IMG/VR virus record: IMGVR_UViG_2974644367_000001
Span: 10,237 to 74,236 of that record
Direction: 5' to 3' (one strand)
Length of the DNA: 64,000 bases
From: a virus
Taxonomy: Duplodnaviria > Heunggongvirae > Uroviricota > Caudoviricetes
The notes beneath the pieces were generated by a model. That model was not told where the DNA came from. It did no database searches and worked only from the letters and a program-made list of their open reading frames with translations. Of the stretch, positions 1 to 10,390 are shown piece after piece. The translations under genes and the position numbers were made by a program. The number at the start of each line of letters is the position of its first letter. The first letter of the stretch is position 1.

Positions 1-953
1 TGAACCCCGAAAGAGACCACTTCGTATATGCTTGGGTAGAGCCATTCCTTGATGAAGAGGGTTATCCTAATAATGAACTTTGTGGTAAGACTCGCTGGTT
101 TGTTATTCAGGAAGGTGTCATGTATTCTGATTGGGACAGAGATGTTATTCTTCGCCAATTCCCATTAGAAATTCCACAGACATATACCTTTATTTCTGGT
201 ACAATTGATGATAATCCAATTCTGGACTTTATCGAACCGAAATATCGTGGTAGACTTGAAAACAATACACCTATCAACGTTGCAAGACTTCGTTATGGTA
301 ACTGGAAAGCAAGGGCTGAAGGTTCAAGCTATTTTGATAGAAGATGGTGTCAAATCGTAGATTCAGTTGACGAACCAGCCTCACGTGTGAGAGCATGGGA
401 CTTAGCTGCAACACTTCCATCAGAATTGAATCCAGACCCTGACTGGACAGCAGGTGTTAAAATGTCCAAAGGTCAGAAGACCGGAACATTCTACATCGAG
501 CATGTTAAGCGATTCAGAGACCGTCCCGCTGGTGTTGAAGAAGGTATTCAAGAGACTGCCAAGGCTGATACGTCTAAGGTAGAAATCTTTATTCCTCAAG
601 ACCCAGGCGCTGCTGGTAAATCCTACGCTTCAGGTTTAATCAGAAAACTGGCATTAGCCGGATTCCGTGCAAGAGCAAGAACAACAAATAAGGACAAGGT
701 TACACGCTTTGCCCCATTCTCTGCTGTTGCTGAATCAGGACATGTCAAAGTTGTGAGAGGCGATTGGAACGATGCCTATTTCACTGAACTAGAAGGTTTC
801 ACTGGTGACGGTAAACGTAAGGATGACCAAGTGGATGCCACAAGTGATGCTTTCCAGAGTCTGAACAGTCGTGGTGTATTAAAAGTCCCATCAATGGATA
901 ACTCTCTTGATATGCTGAGAGATAATCCGTTCGCAGGTATCAAAACCATTTAG
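1..953 (+). CDS. terL: Terminase large subunit, C-terminal nuclease part. The 5' end lies upstream of the window; the frame is open from nt 3.
   Basis: The frame has no stop back to the window edge. It sits directly upstream of the portal gene. The length and position are typical of a terminase C-terminal nuclease domain. Confidence 0.75.
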   Translation, partial: NPERDHFVYAWVEPFLDEEGYPNNELCGKTRWFVIQEGVMYSDWDRDVILRQFPLEIPQTYTFISGTIDDNPILDFIEPKYRGRLENNTPINVARLRYGNWKARAEGSSYFDRRWCQIVDSVDEPASRVRAWDLAATLPSELNPDPDWTAGVKMSKGQKTGTFYIEHVKRFRDRPAGVEEGIQETAKADTSKVEIFIPQDPGAAGKSYASGLIRKLALAGFRARARTTNKDKVTRFAPFSAVAESGHVKVVRGDWNDAYFTELEGFTGDGKRKDDQVDATSDAFQSLNSRGVLKVPSMDNSLDMLRDNPFAGIKTI

Positions 954-958
954 GAAAT

Positions 959-2407
959 ATGACAATGGCTCAGAACGAAATTAACCCTGAACTGCCAGCT
1001 TTTCAGAAGGACGAGATGGGTTCTCTTGGTCTCAAAGTCATCAGCGGGAGACTCTTTGAAGAGCCTCGTAGAAACTTGAGATTCCCTGAGAGCATCAAGA
1101 CCTTTCAGATTATGATGCGTGACCCTGCTATTGCAGCGTCTATCAATATCCTGAAGACTTTGGTCAGAAGAGTCAACTGGAGATTTGATGCTCCAGACGG
1201 ATTCGATGCAAAAGATTATGAAGAGCGTATCAAGTTCTTCGAAACACTGAAAGGTGATATGGATGTTGAATGGGGAGATTTTATCAACTCAATCATGTCT
1301 ATGTGCGTTTACGGATTCAGTCTTCATGAGAAGGTCTACAAAGTCCGTAAAGGTAAGAAAGGGAAATACCCTTCACGTTACAATGATAAACTCATTGGGT
1401 GGGCTAAACTCCCTGTAAGAAGCCAAACCACGATTGACAAGTGGTACTTCGATGAGAATAATCGTGAGTTGACAGGTGCGCGTCAGAACTTGGGTCTTAT
1501 CCCTCATCTGGCAGGTTCAACTGTTAAGAACTTTATCGAACTCCCACGTTCAAAGTTCATGCTCTTCCGTTATGATGATGAGGTTGGCAACCCTGAAGGT
1601 CGCTCACCACTTCTGAATGCTTACGTTCCTTGGAAGTACAAGGTTCAGATTGAAGAGTTTGAAGCAATGGGCGTGAGTCGAGATTTGGTTGGTATGCCTA
1701 TGATTGGTCTCCCACCAGAATATCTTGACCGTGACGCAGACCCTGAAAAGAAAGCCTTTGCCGCTTACTGTCAGAACATCATCAATGACATCAACGCAAA
1801 CAACCGTGCTGGACTTCTGTTCCCACGTATGATTGACCCTGAGTCAAAGATGGACATGTTCGAGTTCAAGCTGGTGAGCAAGCAGGGTGCGAAGTCTTAC
1901 AATACCGATGAAATCATTGACAGATATTCTAAACAGATTATGATGTCATTCATGTCAGACGTATTGGCAATGGGTCAGAGCAAGTATGGCTCTTACAGTC
2001 TCGCAGACTCTAAGACAAGTCTTCTTGCAATGTCCGTTGAAACCATTCTTCGTCAGATTCAAAACGTCATCAACAAAGACCTGATTCCTCAGACTTACTC
2101 ACTGAACCAGTGGGATGATGAAGAGCATGTCAGAATCGTGTTTGAAGACATTGAGAAGCCTGACCTTGAAAACATCGCAGCATTCATCCAACGTTGTATT
2201 TCTGTTGGTGCAATGGAAGTTGACAAGAACATGTCTAACTATCTGCGTAGTCTGCTTGGTCTTCCTGAAGCCGATGAGACTGCACCAGTATCTGAAAAGC
2301 TGTCACCGAATAGCCAATCAAAAGCTGGTGAAGGGTACAAAACATCAGGTGAAGGGACTGCTAAGTCTCCATCAGGACGTGACGAAAACGTTCAGCGAAA
2401 AGGGTAA
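959..2407 (+). CDS. Portal protein
   Basis: A 482 aa ORF immediately after the terminase, preceded by an AGGA ribosome-binding site. The size and the acidic C-terminus fit a portal protein. Confidence 0.75.
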   Translation: MTMAQNEINPELPAFQKDEMGSLGLKVISGRLFEEPRRNLRFPESIKTFQIMMRDPAIAASINILKTLVRRVNWRFDAPDGFDAKDYEERIKFFETLKGDMDVEWGDFINSIMSMCVYGFSLHEKVYKVRKGKKGKYPSRYNDKLIGWAKLPVRSQTTIDKWYFDENNRELTGARQNLGLIPHLAGSTVKNFIELPRSKFMLFRYDDEVGNPEGRSPLLNAYVPWKYKVQIEEFEAMGVSRDLVGMPMIGLPPEYLDRDADPEKKAFAAYCQNIINDINANNRAGLLFPRMIDPESKMDMFEFKLVSKQGAKSYNTDEIIDRYSKQIMMSFMSDVLAMGQSKYGSYSLADSKTSLLAMSVETILRQIQNVINKDLIPQTYSLNQWDDEEHVRIVFEDIEKPDLENIAAFIQRCISVGAMEVDKNMSNYLRSLLGLPEADETAPVSEKLSPNSQSKAGEGYKTSGEGTAKSPSGRDENVQRKG

Positions 2408-2410
2408 GTA

Positions 2411-2905
2411 ATGGCAGAAGATACCTTGACACTCAGCTACAAAGTTCGTGTGTCAGATTATCGCCAAGACCAATCATCCGAATCCGGTACGTTGACTGTG
2501 AGTCAGGGAGTTAAAATCTCTGGCTCCGGTCAGACTGATGGTAAGAGTGGACAGATTACTTTATGCAGACATACTGATGTTTCACTGGCTGGAGAGGACT
2601 TTATCAGAGGTTCTTATCAGCCAGTTATCAGTTTCCCTTTTGGGAGTGCTATGAAGCTGTCTTACCAACTCTATGATTGTCAAGGCAAAAAGTTGGATGC
2701 AACAGAGCTATCCGCTGCATACATCGCAATTGGTGAGTTATCACACCCCGCATCTATTAACTCAGATGGAACAGTATCTTACTTATTTTTGAAAAGTGAC
2801 TATAAAGTGCTTGTCAAAGGTCAGATTTATGATACAGTGTTATCTGTAGTGGATAGCCAAGGGAACAACTCAATCGTTTCCAAGCAACTTTTAAGGTTGG
2901 ATTAA
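2411..2905 (+). CDS. Hypothetical beta-rich head-module protein
   Basis: ORF with a ribosome-binding site. It is translationally coupled between the portal and protease genes. Confidence 0.4.
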   Translation: MAEDTLTLSYKVRVSDYRQDQSSESGTLTVSQGVKISGSGQTDGKSGQITLCRHTDVSLAGEDFIRGSYQPVISFPFGSAMKLSYQLYDCQGKKLDATELSAAYIAIGELSHPASINSDGTVSYLFLKSDYKVLVKGQIYDTVLSVVDSQGNNSIVSKQLLRLD

Positions 2906-3237
2906 TGGCATTAACCACTTTCACGAAAAATCTCATGTTGAGCGCACTACCATCTCAGATGAAAGTTGCTCTTCATTCCTCAGACCCTTCGCCTGACCCT
3001 ACAGCAAATATGGTCACTTCGAAAATGGCAATCGTCTTTGGAACTCCACAAAACGGTCTGGTTGCATCACAGGATTCAGTTATTTTTCAAATTCCTGCAA
3101 ATTCTACGATTTCCCACTTTACAATCTGGGATTCAAGTGATAGACTTGTTTTAAATGGTGAGTTAAACACTCCTGAGTTCTACGTTCAGGCTGGTGTGTA
3201 CACTCTTAACGCTATCTCAATTGATTTGAACACATGA
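2905..3237 (+). CDS. Hypothetical head-module protein
   Basis: ORF whose ATGA start overlaps the preceding stop. Confidence 0.4.
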   Translation: MALTTFTKNLMLSALPSQMKVALHSSDPSPDPTANMVTSKMAIVFGTPQNGLVASQDSVIFQIPANSTISHFTIWDSSDRLVLNGELNTPEFYVQAGVYTLNAISIDLNT

Positions 3238-3244
3238 GGTCTGA

Positions 3245-4615
3245 ATGTCACATCAACTATTCAGACTAGCGGCTCAAATTCAAAATAAACCCCTGTTAGC
3301 CACTGAGGATTTGGCTGCATCTGTTATGCTGTATATTAATCAGCGTATGGCAGGTGCAATTGACCCTATGGCTGCTGTCAATATCAAACCTGTTACAGGT
3401 CAAGCAGAAAACTATGTATCAACTGTCCAAGACGGTGTAGCATTCCTGAATGTATTCGGGGCGCTCTCTCATCGTATGTCTGGCATTGATGCAATGTGTA
3501 CTGGTGGTCTGTCATCTTATCAGGGATTGACCAGAGCATTTGATGAAGCTGTTGCTGACGCATCAGTTGAAAAGATTGTTCTGATGATTGATTCAGGTGG
3601 TGGTGAAGCTGCTGGTTGTTTCGAACTTGCAAGACACATGAAAGAACACTCTAACGGTAAACCCGTTATCGCTTATGTCGATGAAAGAGCCTGTTCAGCC
3701 GCTTATGCGCTGGCTTGTGCTGCAAGTGAAATCTATGCCTCTCCAAATGCTGATGTAGGCTCAATTGGTGTGATTGTTATCCATCAAGAGTTCTCTAAAG
3801 CAATGGAGAAAGCGGGAATCCAAACCAACATCATCAAAGCTGGTGAAGTTAAAGGTATGGGAAACCCGTATGAACCACTTTCTGACCAAGCTAAAGACTT
3901 GATTCAGAAGTCGGTCGATAATTCTTACACATCTTTTGTCAACCTTGTATCAAGTTCTCGCGGTATCTCTGCGGAAGCTGTTAAAGATACTGGTGCAAGA
4001 GTTTATGGGGCTGACGAGGCTCTTTCACTCAAGCTGATTGACGGCATTAAAAGCACTGACGAATTCAAAGATTTCATCTTTGGTGGAGCCAATGCAAATG
4101 TTAATGTTCCAAATCAACCAGCGATTCAACAGGCTAACTCCGAGGAACTTGAAATGGATGCCGAAAAAGAAAAGGCTTATCAGGAACAGATTGCGCTGCT
4201 TCAGGCTCAGATTAATCAGGGCGCAGATGCAAAACTGCTTGACACCATGAAGCCTCATGCTGAAGCAATCGGTATTGATGCTCAGATGGCTGTAGACACT
4301 ATTAAGGCTCTTGGGTCTGAAAGTGATGCTGCTAAATTCATGACTTCTGTTATCCACACAGCGTCTGCCAAGATTGAAAGCGTTCAGGCTGAAGCCTCAG
4401 AGCGTATTGCAACTCTTGAAGCGGAAGTTGAACAGACCCACGCTAAAGCACTGGAAGCACTGGAAACAAGCGCATCTATGCAGGAAGCTGGTCAGGGTGG
4501 TGAAGCTCCCGTTCAGGAACCTGAACAGAACGCTGAAGAAGCTGAAGCTCAGTCAAAGGCTGAACTCCGCTCAAAGGCTCTCGCAGATGCGATTGCTCAA
4601 CTTAACAAAAACTGA
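3245..4615 (+). CDS. Prohead protease (S49/SppA-ClpP-like) fused to a C-terminal Ala/Glu-rich coiled-coil scaffold domain
   Basis: S49-like motifs are present: IVLMIDSGGGEAAG and ACSAAYALACAASEIYASPNADVGSIGV. The C-terminal 150 aa are EAxAK-rich and helical, as in the lambda C/Nu3 arrangement. Confidence 0.8.
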   Translation: MSHQLFRLAAQIQNKPLLATEDLAASVMLYINQRMAGAIDPMAAVNIKPVTGQAENYVSTVQDGVAFLNVFGALSHRMSGIDAMCTGGLSSYQGLTRAFDEAVADASVEKIVLMIDSGGGEAAGCFELARHMKEHSNGKPVIAYVDERACSAAYALACAASEIYASPNADVGSIGVIVIHQEFSKAMEKAGIQTNIIKAGEVKGMGNPYEPLSDQAKDLIQKSVDNSYTSFVNLVSSSRGISAEAVKDTGARVYGADEALSLKLIDGIKSTDEFKDFIFGGANANVNVPNQPAIQQANSEELEMDAEKEKAYQEQIALLQAQINQGADAKLLDTMKPHAEAIGIDAQMAVDTIKALGSESDAAKFMTSVIHTASAKIESVQAEASERIATLEAEVEQTHAKALEALETSASMQEAGQGGEAPVQEPEQNAEEAEAQSKAELRSKALADAIAQLNKN

Positions 4616-4626
4616 GGAATACAATA

Positions 4627-4998
4627 ATGGCTTACGCTGGCTACATTAAAACAGGTACACGTGAAAAGCTGATGGACATCGTACTGTGGGAACAGATTTC
4701 TTCAAACGGTTTTAGCCGTGAATCTGTAGCCCCTGCTGCTGGTCTTGATTACGAAATTGGCGACCTGTTAAAGGCTGATGGTACTAAAGCTACCGCTGCC
4801 GCTGACATCTACGGTGTCTGCCTGAACAACTTCAAAGCTGCTGTTGGTCTGACTACTTCAGGTCAGGTGAACATCACCATGATTGTTCGTGAAGCAGAAC
4901 TGAAAGCAGGTGGAATCAATCTGGCTGGTATGACCGAAGCTGCTGTGGCAACTGCCCTGAAAGCTAAAGGTATCATCCTTGTTCCAACTGGTAAATAA
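4627..4998 (+). CDS. Putative head decoration protein (gpD-like)
   Basis: A 123 aa Ala/Gly-rich protein located between the protease-scaffold and the major capsid gene, the same position as lambda D. Confidence 0.45.
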   Translation: MAYAGYIKTGTREKLMDIVLWEQISSNGFSRESVAPAAGLDYEIGDLLKADGTKATAAADIYGVCLNNFKAAVGLTTSGQVNITMIVREAELKAGGINLAGMTEAAVATALKAKGIILVPTGK

Positions 4999-5020
4999 TT
5001 CTTTTTAGAAGGAAATCTAA

Positions 5021-6127
5021 ATGTCTTTAACTCTTGCAAATGGCTCACGTTTCCTGTTGGCTGACCTGACAGGCGATATTGCTAACATCCCTAACACTTA
5101 CGGTTATGTCAACCAGCTTGACCTGTTCCGTTCAGTCCCAACTTCACAGACCTCTGTACTGTTGGACATCACTGATTACGGTATCAGCTTGCTTGACCCT
5201 GTTGACCGCGATACTCGTAACGCTGAGTCAAGTGCTCCTGAATCTCTTCGTCAGGTTGCGTTCCCACTGATTTACTTCAAGCACATTGAGTCAATCACAC
5301 CTGAACAGGTGCAGGGTATTCGTCAGGCTGGTACTGCTGCTGAACTGACTACTGAAGCTATGGTTCGTGCTCGTAAGCTCCAGAAGATTCGTATGACTCA
5401 CGACATTACTAAAGAGTTCCTGCTTATGCAAGCTCTGAAAGGTAAAGTTGTCGATTCTAAAGGTTTCCTTTGGGCTGACATGTACCAGACCTTCGGCGTT
5501 GAGAAGAAGACTGTGTACTTCGACCTTGACAATCCTGATGCAGACATCGACGGTGCTGTTGACGAACTGGTTGAGCACATGGAAGACACCGCGAACACTG
5601 GTGGTCTGACTAACGGCGAACAGATTATCGTACTGGTTGACCGTGCGTTCTTCCGTAAGCTGACTGGTCATGCTAAAGTACGTGAAGCGTACATGGCTCA
5701 ACAGGCAGTAACCTCTTACGGTCTGATTACTGGTTCTCTGAAGACTGGTCGTTCAGATGGTGTTGCTACAGCGACTAACGAGTTCCCTTATCGTGGTCTG
5801 GTGTTCCGTCAGTACAACGGTAAGTTCACTGACAAGCGTAACACTGTTCACAAGCTGGTTGGTATCAACGGCGTTGAGGACTCTGTAGGTGTTGGTCATG
5901 CGTTCCCTAACACTGCGATGTTGGGTGAAGCGAACGACCTGTACCAGATTTCTTATGGCCCTGCTAACAAGATGGGTTATGTGAATACTCTTGGTCAGGA
6001 CTTGTACGTGTTTGAATACGCGAAAGACCGTGACGAAGGTACTGACTTCGAGGCTCATTCTTACATGATGCCAATCTGTACTCGTCCTCAGTTGCTGGTT
6101 GACGTTCGCGCTGACAAGGCTTCATAA
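5021..6127 (+). CDS. Major capsid protein (lambda gpE-like)
   Basis: A 368 aa ORF with a strong ribosome-binding site. Its position after the protease and decoration genes and its length match the phage capsid E family. Confidence 0.75.
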   Translation: MSLTLANGSRFLLADLTGDIANIPNTYGYVNQLDLFRSVPTSQTSVLLDITDYGISLLDPVDRDTRNAESSAPESLRQVAFPLIYFKHIESITPEQVQGIRQAGTAAELTTEAMVRARKLQKIRMTHDITKEFLLMQALKGKVVDSKGFLWADMYQTFGVEKKTVYFDLDNPDADIDGAVDELVEHMEDTANTGGLTNGEQIIVLVDRAFFRKLTGHAKVREAYMAQQAVTSYGLITGSLKTGRSDGVATATNEFPYRGLVFRQYNGKFTDKRNTVHKLVGINGVEDSVGVGHAFPNTAMLGEANDLYQISYGPANKMGYVNTLGQDLYVFEYAKDRDEGTDFEAHSYMMPICTRPQLLVDVRADKAS

Positions 6128-6146
6128 GACTCTTCAGGAGGGTTAA

Positions 6147-6611
6147 ATGTATACGGGAAACCCAAGCACTAACCCTCTTGACAGAATCAGAATTCTTTGC
6201 ACAGACACCGATAATGATGACCTCATGATTGATGATTCTGTGCTTGAATTCTTCTATGTTTCGAACGATAAGAACGAACGTAGAGCGGCTATTCAGGCAC
6301 TTCGCTACATCTTAATGCAGTTTGCTAAGATGGCTGATGAGAAGGTTGGTGGGGTCTATGAGCGCAACTCAGACCGCTTCGCCAACTTCAAATCTGCCCT
6401 TGACGACTTGATTAAGAATGGTATTGTTGGAACACCTTATGCGGGTGGTATCAGCAAATGTGACATTGAATTGAGAAAATGTAATCCCGATTCTGTGAAC
6501 AAGAGTGTTGAGTACGGTGATGCTTTCAGCTATCATGACAACCGTTGCCAAGGTGATTTTAACGGGAGTCCTAACCGTATGGTTATTGCTTTCGTAGATA
6601 AGGAATCATAA
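6147..6611 (+). CDS. Head-tail connector or head completion protein (putative)
   Basis: Position after the capsid gene and a GGAGG ribosome-binding site. Confidence 0.35.
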   Translation: MYTGNPSTNPLDRIRILCTDTDNDDLMIDDSVLEFFYVSNDKNERRAAIQALRYILMQFAKMADEKVGGVYERNSDRFANFKSALDDLIKNGIVGTPYAGGISKCDIELRKCNPDSVNKSVEYGDAFSYHDNRCQGDFNGSPNRMVIAFVDKES

Positions 6612-7096
6612 TGGTAAAACGTGTTATCGGTGAGGGGCGAAACGTCCTAATGAAAGCCGTCAAAAACATTGCAAAGTCAACTGTAAAGGTTGGCTTTTTT
6701 GCTGAACAAGGTAAGCACTACTCAGGTTTCTCTTATCCTGCGTTAATGTATCTTCATGAAGTAAACGGTATTCCAGCAGCCAACGGTAAAGTCTACCGCA
6801 GGGCGTTTGAAACCGCTATGCAGATTGACAGAAAACTTTTGATAGCGCAAGCTCAGAAGAATCTAAAACGTATGCTCTCAACAGGGCAGACAAACCCCGA
6901 CCTCGTACTTTCCCAATTCGGACAAGGCACTATCAAGTCCCTTAAAAAGGTCTTTGGTAATCCAAGCCTGTTACCACCGAACACACCTTCAACTATTAAA
7001 TCGAAGGGTGGAAGAAATACGCCTCTGGTTGATACATCTGACCTCGTTGATAAACTGGCGTACAAGACTTCTAATCGTGGAGGATTGAGGAAATGA
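6611..7096 (+). CDS. Head-tail joining protein (putative)
   Basis: Overlapping TAATG start in the structural operon. Confidence 0.35.
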   Translation: MVKRVIGEGRNVLMKAVKNIAKSTVKVGFFAEQGKHYSGFSYPALMYLHEVNGIPAANGKVYRRAFETAMQIDRKLLIAQAQKNLKRMLSTGQTNPDLVLSQFGQGTIKSLKKVFGNPSLLPPNTPSTIKSKGGRNTPLVDTSDLVDKLAYKTSNRGGLRK

Positions 7097-7479
7097 GGCT
7101 ATTAAGAAGACACACTCTTCAGATTGTGAGAAAAACCTCTGAAGGGTACTACAACGAGAGCGGTCGTTGGGTATCTGGAGAGAATTCAGTAACTGTCCCT
7201 ATTCGTGGTAATTTACAGCCATACAATAACAGTCTGACTCAAAAGGTTCTTCCAAAAGGTGTTGTAGCAACTGATGTGAGAATCCTCTACACTGTTGCCA
7301 AGCTGAGAACTTCTGATGAAGTCTCTTGGACTGAATCTGACATCCTCTTACTGGACAACGTTGAATACGAATGTTTCAGTGTGATGGATTGGTCGATGCA
7401 GTTAGCCAGAACATCCCATTACGAATACCTTTTCATCCGAAGAGATAAGATTAACACAGTCCGTAATGCGAGTGAATAA
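7093..7479 (+). CDS. Head-tail joining or tail completion protein (putative)
   Basis: Position in the operon; its start overlaps the preceding stop. Confidence 0.35.
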   Translation: MRLLRRHTLQIVRKTSEGYYNESGRWVSGENSVTVPIRGNLQPYNNSLTQKVLPKGVVATDVRILYTVAKLRTSDEVSWTESDILLLDNVEYECFSVMDWSMQLARTSHYEYLFIRRDKINTVRNASE

Positions 7480-8087
7480 TGTCTCTATTAAATCTTGAAA
7501 GTATTGAAGATGGTGTTGTGAAATACACTTTAGAGTCTGTTGGTCAACTCCTTGCTAAAGACAAGAACAAGAGACCTTTCGTCATTATTGAGAATCCATC
7601 GGATAACTCAAATGACAAGGGTTTGAAACCTGATATGCCGTTCATTTCCATTCGTTCAGTTGGGGTAACGACACCTTATGGATTCTTACTCGATGTTTTT
7701 GTTGACGATGAGGGAAGAACGTGCTATCGTATTCCTTTCAAAGTGCAAATAAGAGTTACAGCAACTGGAAAGAACTCTTTTGGCATCATTTCAGAATTCA
7801 AGCAACGCCTTGAAATCTCTTCACTTCGCGCACGTCTTACAGATTATACTGGTGGAGCAATCCTCGTAGACTCTGGACAGATGCCGCAAAACTTTGACAT
7901 GCTTCAAACAGACTATGAGCCGTCTACTCCGCTGATTCTTGAATTAGCTGTGGATTCGATTCTGGTTGACTATGATTCCAGTGTCATTGAAAGAGTTATT
8001 GCAGACGGTATTCTTCATTATGGTGAAGGTGATACCCAAGCTGTAGCTATCCATTTAGACGAACATACCCAAGATTATCGGGAGTAA
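7479..8087 (+). CDS. Tail completion or neck protein (putative)
   Basis: Position immediately upstream of the sheath gene. Confidence 0.35.
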   Translation: MSLLNLESIEDGVVKYTLESVGQLLAKDKNKRPFVIIENPSDNSNDKGLKPDMPFISIRSVGVTTPYGFLLDVFVDDEGRTCYRIPFKVQIRVTATGKNSFGIISEFKQRLEISSLRARLTDYTGGAILVDSGQMPQNFDMLQTDYEPSTPLILELAVDSILVDYDSSVIERVIADGILHYGEGDTQAVAIHLDEHTQDYRE

Positions 8088-8091
8088 CAAA

Positions 8092-9450
8092 ATGGCTTAC
8101 ACTCCAATTGTAAACGTGGATATTACACTGAACACAACTGGCTCTACACGTGAAGGTTTCGGTCTTCCATTGTTCCTTGCGGGACATGATGCGTTTGAAG
8201 AGCGTGTTCGTGGCTATACCTCTCTGAGTGAACTCTCTGAAGACTTCACAACAGACTCAGCAGTATACGGTGCTGCACAGGCTCTTTGGGCGCAAACTCC
8301 AAAGGTAACTCAACTGTACATTGGTCGTCGTAACTTGCAGTATTCTCTTGCAATCCCTACTATTGGGTCTGCTGGTGATAACTACCTGTTAACTGTGACC
8401 ACAAACAACGGTGTGGTTGGTTCATACTCTGCTACTGGTGCTTCTAACAGTACCGCTCAGACGATTCTACAGTCTCTGAAGACAAGCATTGATACGGACA
8501 CAACTGTTTCACCAACTGTGACTACAACTCTGTCAGGTACTGGTGCTAACGCCACGTTGCTGATTACTGCAAAAGATGCTGATGTAGACTTTGCACGTGT
8601 CACAAGTTCTGGAACCAACATTGTTATCTCTTCTACAGCTTCTGACTCTGCTGAACAGGCAGTGAAGCGTATTGAAGATTATACAAACGATTGGTACTTC
8701 ATTGCAACAGATGAACGTAACGAAACCTTTGTACAGGCAATGGCAGCGGCTATTCAGTCTCGTACTAAGATTTTCTTCACAGCTACTGACTCTGCGGCGT
8801 CATTATCTGGAACGAACATCAGTGCAGCAACTGATATTGGTGCTTATCTTGCTACTAACAAAATGACTCGTACAGTCGTTGTGTGGCATGATGATGCAGA
8901 AAGCCAGTACCCTGAAATGGCCTATATCGCTTACGGTGCTCCGTATGATGCAGGTTCTATCGCATGGGGTAACGCAGTCTTGACAGGTATTGACTATTCA
9001 CGTCAGCCTACCAACAATCGCCCTCTGAACTCAACTCAGAAAGCGGCTCTGGAAGCACGTAACATGAACTATGTTGACTACGAAGGTGGTAACAGTGTGA
9101 TGCGTAGCGGTAAGACAGTTGGTGGTGAGTGGATTGACATCATCCGTGGTACAGACTGGCTTGAATCTGACTTGAAATCTTCTCTGAGAGACTTGCTTAT
9201 CAATCAGAAGGGTGGTAAGATTACTTATGATGACCGTGGTATCACACGTGTTCGTCAGGTTATTGAATCATCACTTCAGAGAGCAGTTAACCGTGAGTTC
9301 TTGTCTAGCTTCACAGTTACTATGCCAAAAGCTGCTGACGTTTCTGTTGGCGACAAACGTGCTCGTCTGCTTCAGGGTGTTAAGTTCACTGGTATCATCG
9401 CTGGTGCAATCCTGACTGTAAACTTGCAGGGTACTCTCTCTTATGAATAA
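8092..9450 (+). CDS. Tail sheath protein
   Basis: A 452 aa protein followed by a 151 aa tube, a frameshifted chaperone and the tape measure. This is the canonical contractile-tail gene order of P2 and Mu. Confidence 0.6.
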   Translation: MAYTPIVNVDITLNTTGSTREGFGLPLFLAGHDAFEERVRGYTSLSELSEDFTTDSAVYGAAQALWAQTPKVTQLYIGRRNLQYSLAIPTIGSAGDNYLLTVTTNNGVVGSYSATGASNSTAQTILQSLKTSIDTDTTVSPTVTTTLSGTGANATLLITAKDADVDFARVTSSGTNIVISSTASDSAEQAVKRIEDYTNDWYFIATDERNETFVQAMAAAIQSRTKIFFTATDSAASLSGTNISAATDIGAYLATNKMTRTVVVWHDDAESQYPEMAYIAYGAPYDAGSIAWGNAVLTGIDYSRQPTNNRPLNSTQKAALEARNMNYVDYEGGNSVMRSGKTVGGEWIDIIRGTDWLESDLKSSLRDLLINQKGGKITYDDRGITRVRQVIESSLQRAVNREFLSSFTVTMPKAADVSVGDKRARLLQGVKFTGIIAGAILTVNLQGTLSYE

Positions 9451-9465
9451 TGGTGGTAATATATA

Positions 9466-9921
9466 ATGTCTCTTTTCCAACAGTATTCACCGAAGGATGT
9501 TATTTGTAGCTGGAATGGTATTGCAATCACGGGGTTCGCCCCTGATTCTTTCCTTCGACTGCAAAGAACATCTGCACTGGTTACTCCAGTTGTAGGTGCA
9601 GGTGGTGACGTAGCCCTGACACGAAACGCTGATAAAACAGGTACAATTGAAATTGAACTGATGCAGACAGCGACTTCGAATTTACGTCTTGCAGCAATCT
9701 ATGCAGAACAGCAGTTGATGGAACTTGAAGAAAACATTTCTTCTAACTTCGTCATCTATGACCCATCAGGTTCTGTTCTTGCAACTGGTCGTAACGCATG
9801 GCTTCAGGAACTTCCACAGGTTGAACTTGGTGCTGACCAGAACAGTAAAACTTGGACGTTCGGTTGTGAGAATCTTGATTACACCGTAGCGATTCCAGCT
9901 TCAGGCTTAACGTCTGTATAA
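9466..9921 (+). CDS. Tail tube protein
   Basis: A 151 aa protein between the sheath and chaperone genes. Confidence 0.55.
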   Translation: MSLFQQYSPKDVICSWNGIAITGFAPDSFLRLQRTSALVTPVVGAGGDVALTRNADKTGTIEIELMQTATSNLRLAAIYAEQQLMELEENISSNFVIYDPSGSVLATGRNAWLQELPQVELGADQNSKTWTFGCENLDYTVAIPASGLTSV

Positions 9922-9979
9922 CCTTCAAGGGGTCTCTATGGAGGCTCCTTTTTTATTTCTGTATAAGGAAACTTTCACA

Positions 9980-10390
9980 ATGAAAACCGTTAAAAAGTCT
10001 ATCGCTGACCGCGAAGTCAGTATTACCTTACTTGGCCTGAAAGATGGTGTCAACATCTCTCTGAAGATTGCGCGTGTTGCTGCACCTGCTTATGGTCAGC
10101 TTATTGAAGCGTTCAGTAAGATTAAAGAAGGTAATAAAGACATCCCGATTAAAGATATTGTCTTGAACTGTCTGGACGCTATGGACGAGATGGATGTTAA
10201 CTCCGTTCTGGAAAAACTGTTCGATGGTATGCTGGTTGATGACCGACCAATGACCCTTGACCAAGCGTTTGCTGGTAACTATGGATTCATGATGGATTGC
10301 GTAATCTTCGCTATTGAAAAGAACTTCTCAAGTTTTTTCGAAGCAAGCATTTTCAAAAACCTGTTTTCAGAGTCGGAGACGGAGCAGTAA
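9980..10390 (+). CDS. Tail assembly chaperone (G-like), short product. An alternative start at 9938 is possible.
   Basis: An acidic protein of about 136 aa directly upstream of the tape measure. The ATG at 9980 has an AAGGAAA ribosome-binding site. Confidence 0.55.
   Translation: MKTVKKSIADREVSITLLGLKDGVNISLKIARVAAPAYGQLIEAFSKIKEGNKDIPIKDIVLNCLDAMDEMDVNSVLEKLFDGMLVDDRPMTLDQAFAGNYGFMMDCVIFAIEKNFSSFFEASIFKNLFSESETEQ

Noticed and set aside
2115-2411. Many short ORFs from the track lie on the opposite strand or in alternative frames inside long genes. Examples are 2115..2411, 3393..3632, 5291..5701, 20235..20756, 24992..25375, 34320..34850, 36267..36836 and 60460..60840.
   Set aside because: They are fully embedded in well-supported genes, lack ribosome-binding sites, and have skewed composition typical of antisense frames.
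9925-9979. A T-run (CCTTTTTTATTTC) after the tail tube gene, a possible terminator.
   Set aside because: No stable stem can be formed upstream. The region is probably a 5'UTR and an alternative start region for the chaperone.
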